DNA of 64,000 bases from the human T2T-CHM13v2.0 reference genome, Homo sapiens (GCF_009914755.1 NC_060941.1), one strand, 5' to 3'; shown: positions 1-13,829, counted from the first letter of the stretch. Notes: a model not told the origin generated them from the sequence alone. Translations and numbers: made by a program.

Positions 1-2
1 AG

Positions 3-301
3 GTGCTCCCGCCACCTCGGCCCCTGTTAACCCTTTCCAGGTGAACCAGCCCCAGCCGCTGACACTGAACCAGCTTCGGGGGAGCCCAGTCCTGGGGACC
101 AGCACATCCTTTGGGCCTGGCCCAGGAGTGGAGTCCATGGCTGTGGCCTCGATGACCTCCGCGGCCCCACAGCCAGCTCTGGGGGCCACTGGTTCCTCTC
201 TGACACCACTGGGCCCTGCAATGATGAACATGGTGGGCAGTGTGGGTATACCCCCATCAGCAGCCCAGGCCACTGGCACAACCAACCCTTTCCTTCTCTA
301 G
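3..301 (+). CDS. EPN2: Epsin-2, last coding exon (C-terminal NPF motifs)
   Basis: AG at 1-2, then (G)APATSAPVNPFQVNQPQPLTLNQLRGSPVLG...GTTNPFLL, stop TAG 299-301. It has two EH-binding NPF motifs (29-37 and terminal), as in the epsin C-terminus. The exon start is inferred from the AG at the window edge. Confidence 0.93.
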   Translation, partial: APATSAPVNPFQVNQPQPLTLNQLRGSPVLGTSTSFGPGPGVESMAVASMTSAAPQPALGATGSSLTPLGPAMMNMVGSVGIPPSAAQATGTTNPFLL

Positions 302-2760
302 TGCCTGGGCCTGGGACCCACCCAGAGCACCTGTGCTGGAGGATGCCGAGCAGGGACTCTCGTCTGTGGGACGGGATCCAAGAGTTTGGGGATTAGGGGT
401 ATTAGGGCTTTTCAGCTCCAGCTTCCTGATGAAAGGGCTGTCTTTACAGCCCCAACCCTCAGACCCTCGCCTTCCAAGGCAGGCCCCTCAGCCTGGCCTG
501 CTCTCACCACCTCCTCCAAAGCACTGAGGTCCTGGCAGGGCTCCTCTGAGGCCTTGGACGAGGACGTGGAGTCATCAGTGTTGCCCTTGCCCCTAACCTC
601 AGCCCGAGGGTCTCCAGGATGTTGCCTGGCCCAGGACTTGGGACAGTGGCCTTGTCTTTGTCCTCCCCACCCCCCAGCCCTAGGGACACCCCAGGCAGTC
701 CTGGGTGTGGACACGATGAAGCACCGGCTCCATAAGACACCTTTTGGGGAAGTGGTTGTGCATATTTTATTTTTCTTTGACTCGTGTGAGTTCAAAGTAA
801 ACACCACCACCGTGGACAACTCTTGAATTAAATCCACTAGAGCGAGCTTTAAAACTAATCTGAGCATAACCCCCAACGTGGCTCTATGCTTGTGTACCTT
901 TGCACATATTTTGTTTAGTACAGTTTCATATTTGAGTTTGCAGAATTATCTAATAGTCTTTTTTTGGCTAATATTTTTATAACGTGGTTCTTATTTAACT
1001 GTCTAGTTTTGATAGAATTTACCAGGTCTGGCTGAATGAAGATGTTGGCACGTGTCATTTTAGTGGTTTAAATCCTCTTATTTATGGTTTTAACTCTAAG
1101 AAAATTTTAAAAGGAAGAGATGTTTGGATGACAAAAAAATGCCTTATTGAAAAACTAAAGCAAATTCTTTATAGGAAGAAAATATGGGAATTTGATTACA
1201 CATAGATGATGATGTTTATTTAAAAAAAAAACAACAGCAACAAAAAATCCTAGCCTCCAGTTGCCTTTTCCTTTCTTTAGCTCCTGTTTTTGGTGAATTA
1301 CTAAACTGATTGACTTTCAGCCTTTTTGGCTAGATCCTGAGAGGCTATTTTTCTTACGAATATACCAACATCCTGAAAGTTAAAGAAAAAAATCTAATGT
1401 ATGAATGTGACTCACCAATTTTTATCAACTAATTCCTTTTTTTTATTAAAGGCATGCAGGGATTAACAGGACTTCTGTTTACAATGGAAATCTGAAATGG
1501 AAGAAACATCTTTAACCTTGTGTGTCTGTGATCTCCTCTGTCTTAATCCACGCTCAGGCTAAAGATGGGGATAATGTGGAAATGGCAGTTGTCCCGAGGG
1601 CGTGGGGTGGGGGGTGCTTCTGTGCCCACGGGTCCCTGGGCAACAGTCCCTAGGCTAAGACAGGGGTGGGGGGCTAAGGGACCAGGGCTGGCCCTGATCC
1701 ACCTACCTGCTAACTCCAGATATTATTTTTAAGTTGGAGACCTAAAAATAATTCTCTTGTATTTTGGAGATGAAGAAAAAAGTCATTCACCTGGGAGGGA
1801 TTTTTAACAAACATGCACTAATATTACCTCCCTCTTCCAAACTCCTACTGTCCTCACCTCACCCACCACTGTAAAAGTATTACGTCGTGCATTAAAGACC
1901 AGAAAAGACTTGCTTTTACCCAGGGAGGGGACATTCCCCCAATCCTGTGTCTGGGCAGCTTGCCTGGTGGATGTTTCTGGCCCTTTTTCCACCATGGGAA
2001 TTTCTCACCTCTAGCTCTAAGGGCAGCTGACCACCTGCCAGCCCCTCTCTGGTTCCAGAAGATTACCCTTCGCACCGGCACAGGAGAGATCTTAAATGGT
2101 CTCTGGGCTGCTGGGACATGCAGGCTCTGAGTGGGGACTGCACCCACTCATGCTGTTCCTGAGGCTGCCCTCTCCAGTCCCAGGAGCCGTGTCTAGAGTT
2201 CCTGACCAGCCACCTTCTGCCAGAACTGCAGGCCTGCGGCTGGGTCTTAGGCTCCCGCTGCCATTTGGGTAAGCCGGTGGCTGGTCTCGTCTGCCGGGGG
2301 AAGGGTGGGGAGGTGCAATGGGATGGGAGGCAGGATGCTTGCCCAGAAAGGTGCTTTCCTTCAGACGGTGCAGGGCCTGGGCCAGCCTTACAGGTCAGTA
2401 GACTAGACTCGACTACTTGGGGTCAGTGATTCTTTTGTAACGAGTCTTTCATGATGTGACTTTGAGGCCCCAACATGACAGCCACTGGGCCACCGGGACC
2501 CAAGAAGACAGCCCCCTGCCCCATCTTCTGGCACAGGCCATCCCGAGTGCATGTCCCTGTTGCCCACTGCACTGATCATGAAGCCACCGGCCACTGCCAC
2601 GCATGTTGCACCTGTGCCATCGTGCTCCCTCCTGATGGGCACCGTGGTGGAGGAAGTCACCCAGCTGTTTCTCAGTCCCAGAGGCCGGTGGCTGGTTTTG
2701 AACTTGTGTTGACTGTTGATACTTATTTACTGTATAAATATAATTTATCATTTGTACCAT
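302..2760 (+). other. EPN2: EPN2 3'UTR (about 2.4 kb)
   Basis: Follows the stop. U/A-rich block at about 770-1500, miR-19 8mer TTTGCACA 899-906, variant poly(A) signals TATAAA/AATATA at 2733-2742 followed by a GU/U-rich stretch. The end is approximate. Confidence 0.7.
1420..1491 (-). other. B9D1: Candidate distal terminal exon of B9D1, antisense inside the EPN2 3'UTR
   Basis: Minus-strand acceptor TTTCTTCCATTTCAG|ATTTCC at 1492/1491 and AATAAA on minus at 1442-1447. After exon 6 it would read DFHCKQKSC*. Confidence 0.5.
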
Positions 2761-3770
2761 GATGCGGTTTCTGGCTGTGTCCTTCTCCCACCCCATCTTC
2801 ATCAGTCCTGTGCCACTGGAGAGGTGGGAGATGAGGGAGCCGATTCTTGTGGAGCTTGGTCTGCAGTTATTGAGGCCACCAGCCTGGTCCTAGTGCCCGC
2901 GTGAGCTGGGCATTTGGTTGCCCCTGAACCTCAGGGAAAGGGGGTGGGAGGCGTGCCTTTTGTGAGGTGCTGAGACTGGTGGCCTGCACGGGTGTGCTGG
3001 GGGAAGTGCTAGCCACTGCCCTTTACCCTTCTGTGTCCGCCCTCTTAATGCGGCCTTGTCACTGGTGGAGGCTGCTTTGGATGAGGTGGAAGTGACAGTG
3101 TGCCGGGTCCCCAGAGGCTTCCTGTGCTCTGCCTCCTCTTGTGTCCATGCTGCAGAAGAGCTGCTCTGGGAAGCCACTGCCTGTCAGCTGAGGCAACAGA
3201 GGGAGGGAGTGCGTGGAGCTGCCCAGCCAACTGCGTGTTCCTGAGAGGAAGGGCCTGTTGGAGCCACTGGTTCTTAGGTGGCTTGCTGTGCAACAGCTAG
3301 CTGACCGACAGAGGGCCTGTGCCTCAGAGCCACCAACCAGACGAGGGCAGCGGCGGGAGGACACGTGCATCTCCAGGCAGCAGAGGTGGAAGAGGTGCTC
3401 TGGTCACGGGAAGAGGCAAGGCCGAGGCAGAGGCGGCTGGGAGACCCTGATGGGAAGGGTTGGAGAGGCCTTGAGACGAGCCTGGAGGGAGGTCTGGGAC
3501 TGCCCTGCAGCCCTCTGCTCTCTGTGCAAGTGCCTGGCTCCTGGTGTCCACCCAAGGATAAGCAGACAAGCTTGACTCAGAGCTAGGAGGCTAGGGACTG
3601 GTGGCAGGGGGTGCCCGTTCAGTGCAGGGGACAGGAGAGAAAGAAGGGTGTGTGGGATGCTCTTGGTTACGCTGCAGTAACACATCTCCAGGTCTCAGCG
3701 GCTTCCCGCAGAAGTTTCTCACAGAAGTCAGTGACTCAGGGACTCAAGCCGCTTTCATCTTGAAACACTG

Positions 3771-3799
3771 CTATCTTTGACAGACAGCCCTGAAGGTGG
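3771..3799 (-). CDS. B9D1: Candidate alternative B9D1 3' exon (ATFRAVCQR* after exon 6)
   Basis: Strong minus-strand acceptor TGTCCATTTTTCCCTTCATAG|CC at 3800/3799; phase compatible with the exon 6 donor. Confidence 0.4.
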
Positions 3800-4559
3800 C
3801 TATGAAGGGAAAAATGGACAAGGGTCAAGCATAGATTTCTTACAGCCAGGCCTGGAATTGCCTCACTGCCACTCACACCAGTGCCAGAATTAGGCCCTCG
3901 GCCCCCATCCAGATGTGGGGTGGGTGGGGATGGGCAAGTGCAGGCTTCCTTAGTGGTGGAGGGCGGGAGGTGGGGAAATGGGCTTGGTTAACATTGCCAG
4001 TCTCTATCACAGCGGACTGTCTGGCTCCCAGAGAGTTATTTCAGTCTTCTTCTCAAACATAGACAGTAAGGTCCTGTGTCCTGGGCTCTGTGGGGTACAG
4101 AGCCTTCTCCAGCAAGGCAGACACAGCCTATAAACTAGAAAGACCTATGATCTGTGCCCTTCCCCCAACAATAACAACAAAGCAGGGCAGGGGTCAGTAC
4201 CCACAGTCCAGCTCCATTTGGAGGAGCAGAGAATGGGAGACTACCCCACAGTGCTGGAAGCTGCCGCACAGACTGAGGTCGCCTTGCGGTGAGGAGGGAA
4301 AGGACCTGATGGTGCCCTGCTCTGGGCTCTGCCCCCTGGTGGGGAGCTGGCCTTTTTTGTATTCCCTTGGCTGCAGCTCTTGGGCCAAGCTCAGCTTTCT
4401 CACCTGCTGCCTGTGGGTGGATGGTTCCAGGCCAGGACCTGTTTTGAGTGAGCCAGAGGCTTCAGTCCAGGCTCATGGACTTTGCACACTTCCATCAAAA
4501 ATGTGGCAATCTTTGTACTTCTAATCAGTTCCATGTACAAATAACTGCATTATTTTGGT

Positions 4560-5000
4560 CAGAGTGTTACTTTGGTGGCCCCTGATGGACCTTGTCTCCC
4601 AGTGTGGTCTCCGTCACCTGATGGGCGTGGCCATATGACTAGATGGGGCCAGTGCCATGATGGCAGGAGGGGCTTGATAAATGCCTGCACATGGAGCTTG
4701 ACCTCTTGGCATGTTCTGCTGGCAGCCCACATGTCGTACTATGAGAACTTCAAACACATGGAGAGGCCACATGGGGGAGAACGGAGGTGTTCTGTCAGTA
4801 GCCCCCATGAGCCCCAGACAACAGCCCACCATGTGAGTAATCATCTTGGTCAGCTCAGTGGAATAGCTCTAGCCAGAATCAAGTGTAGCATAGCCACCCA
4901 GCTGAGCCCAGTCCCCTGTAGGATCATGAGTGATAAATGATAGTGGTTTTAAGTGACAAAGTTTTGGGGTAATTTGTTACACAGCAATGGACAACTCAAG
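4560..5000 (+). mobile_element. MaLR (MLT1-like) LTR remnant
   Basis: Ends in GTTTTAAG...TTTGGGGTAATTTGTTACACAGCAATGGACAACT, a typical MLT1 3' end. Confidence 0.6.
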
Positions 5001-5169
5001 CACACACATAAAATTCTTTCCTAGACATAAGCTGCCTTATTTCCTTGCTGCCTTACCTCCATGCTTCTCTCAATTTAATGGTAGCTACCATGAGGCCATC
5101 TGGGATCATGATGGGAGAGCCACCCCCTTAATTCCATATTTACCAAAAGACCAAGTTATTTTGTTCAGA

Positions 5170-5975
5170 TGAGAAGTTTTATTATGCCTTTATTGCTGAA
5201 AGCAATTTTGAATCTTACCTTTTCTCATTAGAGTTTGAGAAAGTCTTTTGCAACCTTTTGATGCTAATTTTTTTTAGATTGTTGCCTTTCATTTCTGCTT
5301 GCAAACTAGCCAGTTCTTTCCTCCTTACTGTGATAGCATTCCAAAATGCAGTCAACAGTAGCCAACTCACACTGCACATCCTATCTGGCCTGTCCCTTTC
5401 CCCTAGAGCTGCTGTCTCTGGGGCACATAACCTGCCTCCCAAGTTAGCATGAGAGTCTTAGCAAATGTCTTGTACTTGCATAATATAGATCTCCTGCTGT
5501 CCAGCTTATGAGCTGTATTCTTTTTGCCTGCCACGCAGCTGCTTAGCCAACAAGAGTTTGTTTTTTCTGTTTTTTGGCTACAGCAGAAACCCACTCCTGA
5601 TTTTCATATCATTTGCAATAGAATAGGCTATGCAGGATCAAATAACCCCAAGCTCTCATTGGCTGAGCACAGTATCTTATGAGTGTTTCTCACTCACAAA
5701 AAGCCTAATGGAGATGTTCCTGGCAGTGCTCTGCAAGCTGGGGTGCCCAGACTCAGGCTCCTCCCTTATGATGCTGCTTTCTTCAATGTGTGCCTCAAAG
5801 GGTGCCATGGACAAGAACGAGAAGTGCTTGTGTGACCCTGAAGTGGGTCAGACCTCTCAGTGGTGAAGATCCTTTTCATACTTTGCTTTGGCTAGAACTA
5901 CCCAAATGGACCCACCTTGATACAAGGGGCCTAGGAAATGTAGTCTTCTGGTGTGCCAGGAGAAAAGGGAGATAG
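5170..5975 (-). mobile_element. MaLR internal fragment plus MLT1J/K-like LTR
   Basis: The minus-strand translation CSVSWLLLTAF resembles the MaLR-int ORF; the adjacent 5610-5975 segment resembles an old MLT1 LTR. Confidence 0.45.
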
Positions 5976-5999
5976 GCTGGTCAACATGCAGCTTTGTGA

Positions 6000-6520
<521 letters not shown>

Positions 6521-6545
6521 GGTTGTGCATTCTTAAAGTATTCTT

Positions 6546-6904
<359 letters not shown>

Positions 6905-7284
6905 CTAAAGCCAGACACTGGATTCTGGTTAATGGTAAGTGTGCTGAAATATACAGAAGGTGGAGTCCTGATTTCACAGTTTATTTTGAAATGCAATAAA
7001 AATAGGATGGATTGAAGCAGGGATGAATAGTTGGATATATGTGAATATACAAGTACGGAACAGGAAATTGGTAATGGTAAAATCTAGGTGGTGGGTATGT
7101 GGTGTTCACTGTAAAATGATGTCAACTTTTCCACATTTAGACATTTCAGTAATGTTGAGAAAAATTGGAAAATTAAACATAACCAGAAGAGGGTGACTTA
7201 GTATTTCCCAGCTGCTGACAGGCTGGACAAATGGGGCCTGAGGCTTGTACGTGCACACCACAGGCTAGAGGCTTCAGGGAAGCT

Positions 7285-7373
7285 TCAGGTCCCCTTGATG
7301 TGGACCAAGGCCAGTGCCCTGGGTGAGGTGAGGCCATGGACAGAGAAGACAGCTTTCCGGGGAGCTGTGATAG
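7285..7373 (-). CDS. B9D1: B9D1 alternative terminal coding exon (AITAPRKAVFSVHGLTSPRALALVHIKGT*)
   Basis: Acceptor TTTTATCACAG|CT at 7374/7373, in phase with exon 6; TGA 7285-7287; AATAAA on minus at 6980-6985. Confidence 0.6.
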
Positions 7374-9237
7374 CTGTGATAAAATGGGGCAGAGGACAGG
7401 AGCAGCTGAGGGTGCTGGGCTTTTGCTCTGTGTCGTCCCATGACACGTGGGGCACATGTGGAGGCTGGCGTGAAGGAGCCCGTGTAGGAAAACTCACGAT
7501 GGAGGGAGAAGGGGAGAAGAAAGACCCTTGAGAGCACTGTATCTCCCACACACCCGAGGCATGTCCTCAGGTAGGGTAAGGAAGGCAGCTAATGTGGGGT
7601 GGTTGTGGGAACAGAAGGGAGTGCCTTAGCTAAGCTGGCAGGGAGGGTGCTGGAGGCCTGAAGAGACAAAGGCTGTTAAGTTTCCTCAGAGAATGCATGA
7701 GGGAGTTGTCTAGGGAAACACAGACCTGGGCCATGGATGGAACGCGAGCCGTTGTGGCTCTGGGGGCTCAGGCAGGTGCAGGGCAGGCGAAGGAACAGCT
7801 GGCTGTCACCAGGGTGGAGACCTTGCCAGGTGAGCATAAACGAAGGATGGAGGGCACTATGGGAAGTGCATGCAGATGACCAAGAGTTCTAAACTGGGCT
7901 GGGAGGAAAGCAAGGAAAGAGGGGCTGATGGTTGGCGAAAAGGGGCTGGGCCAGGAGCTTGGAGGGCCTGGTGGTTTGAAGAGCACAGGGAAGCGCCACA
8001 TGAGGGAGGGCCTGGCCTGAGGGAGGGATGCCTCAATCCAGACTTTGGAGGCAGTGCCTTCACCAGTAACAAGAGATATGCCTGCCTGGCTGTGAGGGGT
8101 AGAGGTGAAGACAGACTGTTCCAAGTGAGGAGGTTGAGGAAGAGGCAAGGACACACCCCTGCTCTAGGCTCACCGCACATGGGGAGTGGGAGGAAAAAGA
8201 TTCCACTTAAGAGGGCTGCAGGGTACTGAGTGGGCTTCAGTAAGGCCAGAAGGCAGAGGGAACTTCCTATTCCGAGAAGATGGAATCACAGGAATTTTGC
8301 TGACAACAGACGATGAGTTTCAGAACGCACAGTGAGTTGGGGGGAGGGCACGGGAGTGCTCGTGAGATAAAAGGCAGAAGAGGGTCGGCCCAGATGGTCT
8401 CAGGGCAAGTGCCATGACGACAGTCCAGGGCAACATGGGCGAGGCTGGGAGGTGGGGGTTTGCCAGGAGCCTGTGGTTTCTCTTGGATCCCGCTGAGGGC
8501 AGTATCTAGGCTGGGGCACCATGTCTGCCGAAAGCTCAGTGGCAGGGCAGAGAGGGCCTGGGGCTGCCTCGTGAGGTGCGAGGGGTTCTTGTGAAGGTGG
8601 GGAGGCCCAGGGTCAGGGCCTCCCAAAGTAATGCTGAAGGGGCTCTGCTTCCAGAAGGGCCTGGACAACCTCAGAGGTCAGGGTGTTGAGCCAGGGGGCT
8701 CACCTTCCTCTCCTGCCAAGGGGCTGCCAGAAAGCTGGACCCCAGCCAGCGGCCTCCCACCTCTGAGAGGTTTCCAGCCCCCATCCTTGGACTGTGGGTA
8801 GGGGGGCAGAGAGGGGAGTGGGCAGGCTGAGGGTCTGCCATCCCCCGGGGTACCTCACCATTCCAGCTCCCAATAACAGGGTTCTCTCCTTGCCAAGGGA
8901 GGCTGGTGGCCAGAAGCATGGCTGAACGGGTGATTCTACTTAACCCCAAGCCTCTAAGGAGGGTGCCATGCCCAGTTAGTTCAAGGAACAATGTGTTGCG
9001 GTATAGAAAAGGCCACACAGCTTTGAGTGGCAGAACCTGGTTATGTCAAAGCTCCCATCCCACATGCCATCCTGCTGCACGGTCTGGTCTCCTGGCAGCT
9101 TCCACGGCACAAGGGGTAGGGACAGGGAGAGCCCTGGAGGTGGGGCCAGGAAAGGCCCAAGAGCCCCCAGCTCCTGTGGGGGAGGGGCTAAACAGGAGAG
9201 AAGGCAGCCCCAGGCCTAGGCTCTCTGAAAATGAGAC

Positions 9238-9243
9238 TTTATT
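9238..9243 (-). terminator. B9D1: B9D1 canonical poly(A) signal AATAAA
   Basis: TTTATT on +, about 120 nt after the stop codon. Confidence 0.85.
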
Positions 9244-9365
9244 ATACAAAACTATTCTGTGTGCCCCCAGCTCTGGCCACCAGGCTGCCCCTCAGGCCGA
9301 TGGGCAGCGGCTGACTTCGGGAAGGCAGCCCTTCATTATCAGAGACTGTGCAGCCTGTGGAGCCT

Positions 9366-9578
<213 letters not shown>

Positions 9579-9759
9579 TCAGCCTCAGCGTTCTCATCTG
9601 TAAAATGGGGACAACAGTGCCTGACCCAAGCCCCTCACTGGGAGGTAAAGGGGCTGCCGGGACAGGCAGACATGACAAACCCTCTGTGCTCCAACCAGGC
9701 CCTCATCTGGGAACATTTGTGGGCTAGCTCCTATGTGCCTGGCAGGTCCCCGGCATTCA

Positions 9760-9990
<231 letters not shown>

Positions 9991-10449
9991 TCAGAAACCA
10001 GCACTCTTGTTCCAACCGCACCCCACCCCCACCAGGAGTCAGGCCCTAAGCAGAGCCTTCCCAGTGGCTGGGCTCCAGCGTGGGGTGTCCCTTGCCGAGG
10101 TCACACAGCCTAGCCAGGCCTCATGTGCTCTGCAGCCACGCTGCCTCCGCTGGCCGGTTAGGCTTTTCCATCTCTGGCTTCCATGGGTTTGGTTCACTGG
10201 GAATGAGAGCTCAGGAAGATTCTGGGGTGGGGGTGCTGCCTGAACCCCCAGAAATCCCAGAAAAGTGACAGCAGCTGAGGTGGGGGAGGGGAGGGGACAG
10301 TGTGACCCTCCAGCCTCCCTGGAAGGGGGTCCCACCCCAGAGAGTCTGTGGGGTGGGCAGAAGGGCCAGAACGGCTCCTCAGCCTTACCTCCCACTAGTG
10401 TGGGGTCCAGGACATGTCACTTCCCATCTTGGCACCCACCGCAGGCCCT

Positions 10450-10860
10450 GCCAGGGGCGGCACACAGCCACCAGGCTGAGCATGCGCCCTCCCCAGCCCC
10501 AGACCCCAGTTGGGCCAGGCGGGAGGCCAGGAGGCCGGGGGTGTCAGGCCCCGCCGCCGACACACCCACGCGAGCCGGAAACAACCAGGAGCACTATTCC
10601 CGGCCGGGTGGGTCCAGCAGCCGCGGGCTTCGCCCCGCCGGGACTCGCGGCCGCGCCTCCTCTGTACCACAGCTCCCAAGGTCCCCCCACGGACACACCC
10701 GGCCCCGAGGGTCGCTGGCAACCATGCCGACCCAAAAGCCCACGCACCGCCCTCCCCGCGGCCTCTCCGTCTCTGAGGTGGGCACCAGCGCTCACCTGGG
10801 GCGGCTGCAGAGGGGCCCAGGCCAGGGAGGGGCTCTCAGCTGCCGCAGAGTTGGCCTGTG
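10450..10860. promoter_or_regulatory. Small intronic CpG island around MIR1180
   Basis: Locally dense CpG and GC boxes in otherwise CpG-depleted sequence. Confidence 0.65.
10553..10621 (-). ncRNA. MIR1180: pre-miR-1180 hairpin in B9D1 intron 5
   Basis: Minus strand gives a GC-rich stem with 5p GGACCCACCCGGCCGGGAAUA (10595-10615) and 3p UUUCCGGCUCGCGUGGGUGUGU (10560-10581), matching miR-1180 as recalled. Confidence 0.92.
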
Positions 10861-11431
10861 GAGACCACAGCCAGGGAGCACTGCCCACCAGCCCCCAACC
10901 CCAAGGAGGGAGCCAGAGAGTGAAAGCCAGCAGGCGCTCCCCAAGGGGAAGGGATGGGCAGCCACAACCCCTGCGCCTCAGTTTCTCCTTTGGGAGAGCA
11001 AGACTCTCACAGCACCCACCTCACAAGAGGCTATGTATGAGGACTGGGGCCTGGGAGCATCCCCACTGTGCCCAGCAGATCCCATCCCGGAGCTCACATG
11101 GAGCTCCCGTTCCCACTGAATTTCTTTCCTGGGGTCCACCCGGGTGGTCTGCTTAGCTGGCTGGGGTTGGGGAGACAAGACAGGCTGTTCTGGGAGAGCA
11201 TTCCAGGCAAGGACCTGAGGCAAGGAAGGACCCCTCAGACTGCAGGAACTGAGGTAGATGGGAAGCAAGTGGGCAGAGGCCATGAGGTAGGCAGGGCCCG
11301 ACCACCGGCCTGGCAGCATTCTGGTTGAAGTTCATTCTGACAGAGACAGGTTCTAGCAGGGGAGGGGTGCAGCCCCAGTTGTGTTTTAGGAACACCGTTT
11401 TTCTTGCTATGTGAAGACTAGACTGGAGGGG

Positions 11432-11818
11432 TGGCAGCAGGCTGAATGACGGCCCCTCAAAGATAGCAGATCCTAGTCCTGGGAAACCGTGCACGTGACC
11501 TTATTGAGAAACAGGGTCACGTGCACTTTGCACAGATATGATTAGGCTAAGGATCTTGAGGCGACTATCCAGGTGGACCCTAAAGGCCAGGACTCGAGTG
11601 ATGAGGCCACAAGCCAAGGAAGGCTGGGGCCACCAGAAACTGAAAGGGCAATAAACAGAGTCTCCCCTAGAGCCTTGGGAGGGAGCACAGCCCTGTGGTG
11701 CCTTTTCTGGGCCCAGTGACCTGGATTTTGAACTCTGGCCTTCAGCATACATTTCTGCTGTTTTCAGCTATCACATTTGTGTGTTTTGTTGCAGCAGCCA
11801 CCGTGGGAAACGAATACA
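11432..11818 (+). mobile_element. MLT1 (MaLR) solo LTR
   Basis: GGCTGAATGACGGCCCCTCAAAGAT...GTGACCTTATT...TTGTTGCAGCAGCC...GGAAACGAATACA. Confidence 0.75.
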
Positions 11819-13185
11819 GTGGCCAAGAGTGTTTGGGGCAGGCCCTAGGCCAGCGCTGGAGGATGTGGGGAGAGGCTGGGAGAGGGGTGGGGATGACCGA
11901 GGTGTCAGCCTGAGCAAGGAGCCTCCATATCTGGGAAGATTCTGCCAATCAAACTGCCTTCACTAATCAGAACTTTCTCCAGTTTTTGTAATCCAAGCAC
12001 ATACTGCCTTGCCCAGTTGCGAGCCCCTCCACAGGGGCTGTGAAACCCTTTCCTCAGCGAGCTGTCCCCTGGAGGCCCAAAGTCCTCCTTGGAGCTGTGG
12101 GCGGTGGAACAGGGTGAATAACCCAGCCTGGATGGCTGTGTGGGTCCCCAGTCTCTTAGGCTTTCCCAACCCACTGATGGGCACTGCCTCGCTGCCTCCC
12201 TGACAGCCTGTGGCATGGGGATTGTCACCTCCAGGTGATACTGGCCCAGGTCATCTGGGAAAGAAGTCCTTTGCTACAGGGTGGCCTCCCAGAAGGACTC
12301 CTAGGGGCAGTAGGCACACAAATTCTCAGGCTGAGGCCAGCGGAGACCCTGCCCTTCCTCCCCTCCACGGCTCTCAGAGCTCAGTGAAGCATTATCGGCC
12401 CTGGGCGCGATGCTGTCCCTCCACCCAGCAGGGCTCTGGCCTGGTCTCACGCCCAGTACTGGCCAGGCTCGCAGGGGCTGCTTGCCGGCTGCTGCCCTGG
12501 AACCCAGGGAGTCCTCCATGTTCCACTTGTGCCTCACTAATCTGCCGGTGGGCGGCAGAGGCTTGCTGCCCAACTGCGCTAATGGTCCTCGAGTCAGAAG
12601 GCCAGGGCCCAGCTGGCCCTCTAAGCTCCCACTTGGATGTGAGCAGGGGTAAGAGGCCTTCATGCTGGGGCTGCATCCAGGCATCCCCTGGGCCCTCCCT
12701 GCAGGCCCTTGTGTCCTGGCCCCTGCCTGCCTCCCTGATGTCTCCCTCATTCTGCCTGGCTTACCACTTACTGGCCACACTGCCGTCCTGGCCACACCAC
12801 CGTCCTGGCTTCTCTAGCATGCTAAGCTCACGCTCTCCTCAGCCTGGCAGGCACTGTTCCCTGTGCCTGATGTTCTTCCCCGGCTCTTCCCTCCACACTA
12901 AGCCTCTGCGCAAATGTCAGCTCCGGCCAGAGACTCCCACATGTAAAGGCATTTATCATGATTACTGTTCCAAGGTGTCTGACTCATACTGCTATATCCT
13001 CTTGTTTCCCACCTTTTAATGTCACATTATGTCATGAGCATTTTTCCCATCTGACAAGAGTTTTTCCTCTGCTCCCTCAGACACAAAGATTTTTCACAGG
13101 GCACAGGGTAAAATCGCCCGGCCTTCTGCTGCTGGAACAGGGCTGAAGGGAGCCCCGTGACTCAGCACTCCCAGGGGACCTGTTT

Positions 13186-13243
13186 CTATTTGTCCTCAGT
13201 GGGTGGAGCAGCTTGCAGATCTGAGGAGGCGACCAGGCACAAA
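13186..13243 (-). CDS. B9D1: B9D1 alternative short terminal exon (SLCLVASSDLQAAPPTEDK*)
   Basis: Acceptor CCCTCAG|T 72 nt after the exon 5 donor; phase compatible; TAG 13186-13188. Gives a 153-aa isoform. Confidence 0.6.
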
Positions 13244-13314
13244 CTGAGGGGTAGAATGGGACATCCATTCATCCAGTAGATCAGGAGGGGCTGGGGTTAT
13301 GGGTACAAAACTCA

Positions 13315-13455
<141 letters not shown>

Positions 13456-13829
13456 TCAGGCCAGTGCAGCTGCAGCGTGGGCCAAGTCAGGGCCAATGTC
13501 AACGAATCCAACCTGTGCTAACTGAGCACCCCCTGTGTCTGGGCAAGGTGCTGAGCGCCAGGAGACAGCCTCATGGAGGTCAGAGTCCCTCAGGGTCTTT
13601 TCTTTTCTGGGTCCCACTACCTCCCCAACCCACCTGGTGTGTGGCTGGCACCACCCATCTGAAAGGTTCTCCTCCCAAATACAGGCTACAACCCCCCTGG
13701 CCACCAGGCTGAGCTGCCCAGGCCCCTGGAGACCCCAGAGCATTCCCAGCCTGAACCTAAGACAGAAAACGAGGTGAAGTCTGTCCTAGGACAAGTCCTG
13801 CCCAGGGCCCAGGTCAGAATGAGGACCTA

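Noticed and set aside
41-301. 86-aa ORF as a standalone gene, or an exon starting at 41 (CCCTTTCCAG|GTG)
   Set aside because: The start is a GTG inside the EPN2 exon. The frame is open upstream with an NPF motif, and an acceptor at 40 would shift the frame relative to the AG at 1-2.
10265-11156. Two overlapping 284-aa plus-strand ORFs
   Set aside because: Non-ATG starts, P/G/R/A-rich, no recognisable domain; expected stop depletion in a GC-rich island antisense to B9D1.
12210-13019. 269-aa plus-strand ORF
   Set aside because: GTG start, no recognisable motifs, GC-rich intronic sequence with an L2-like tail.
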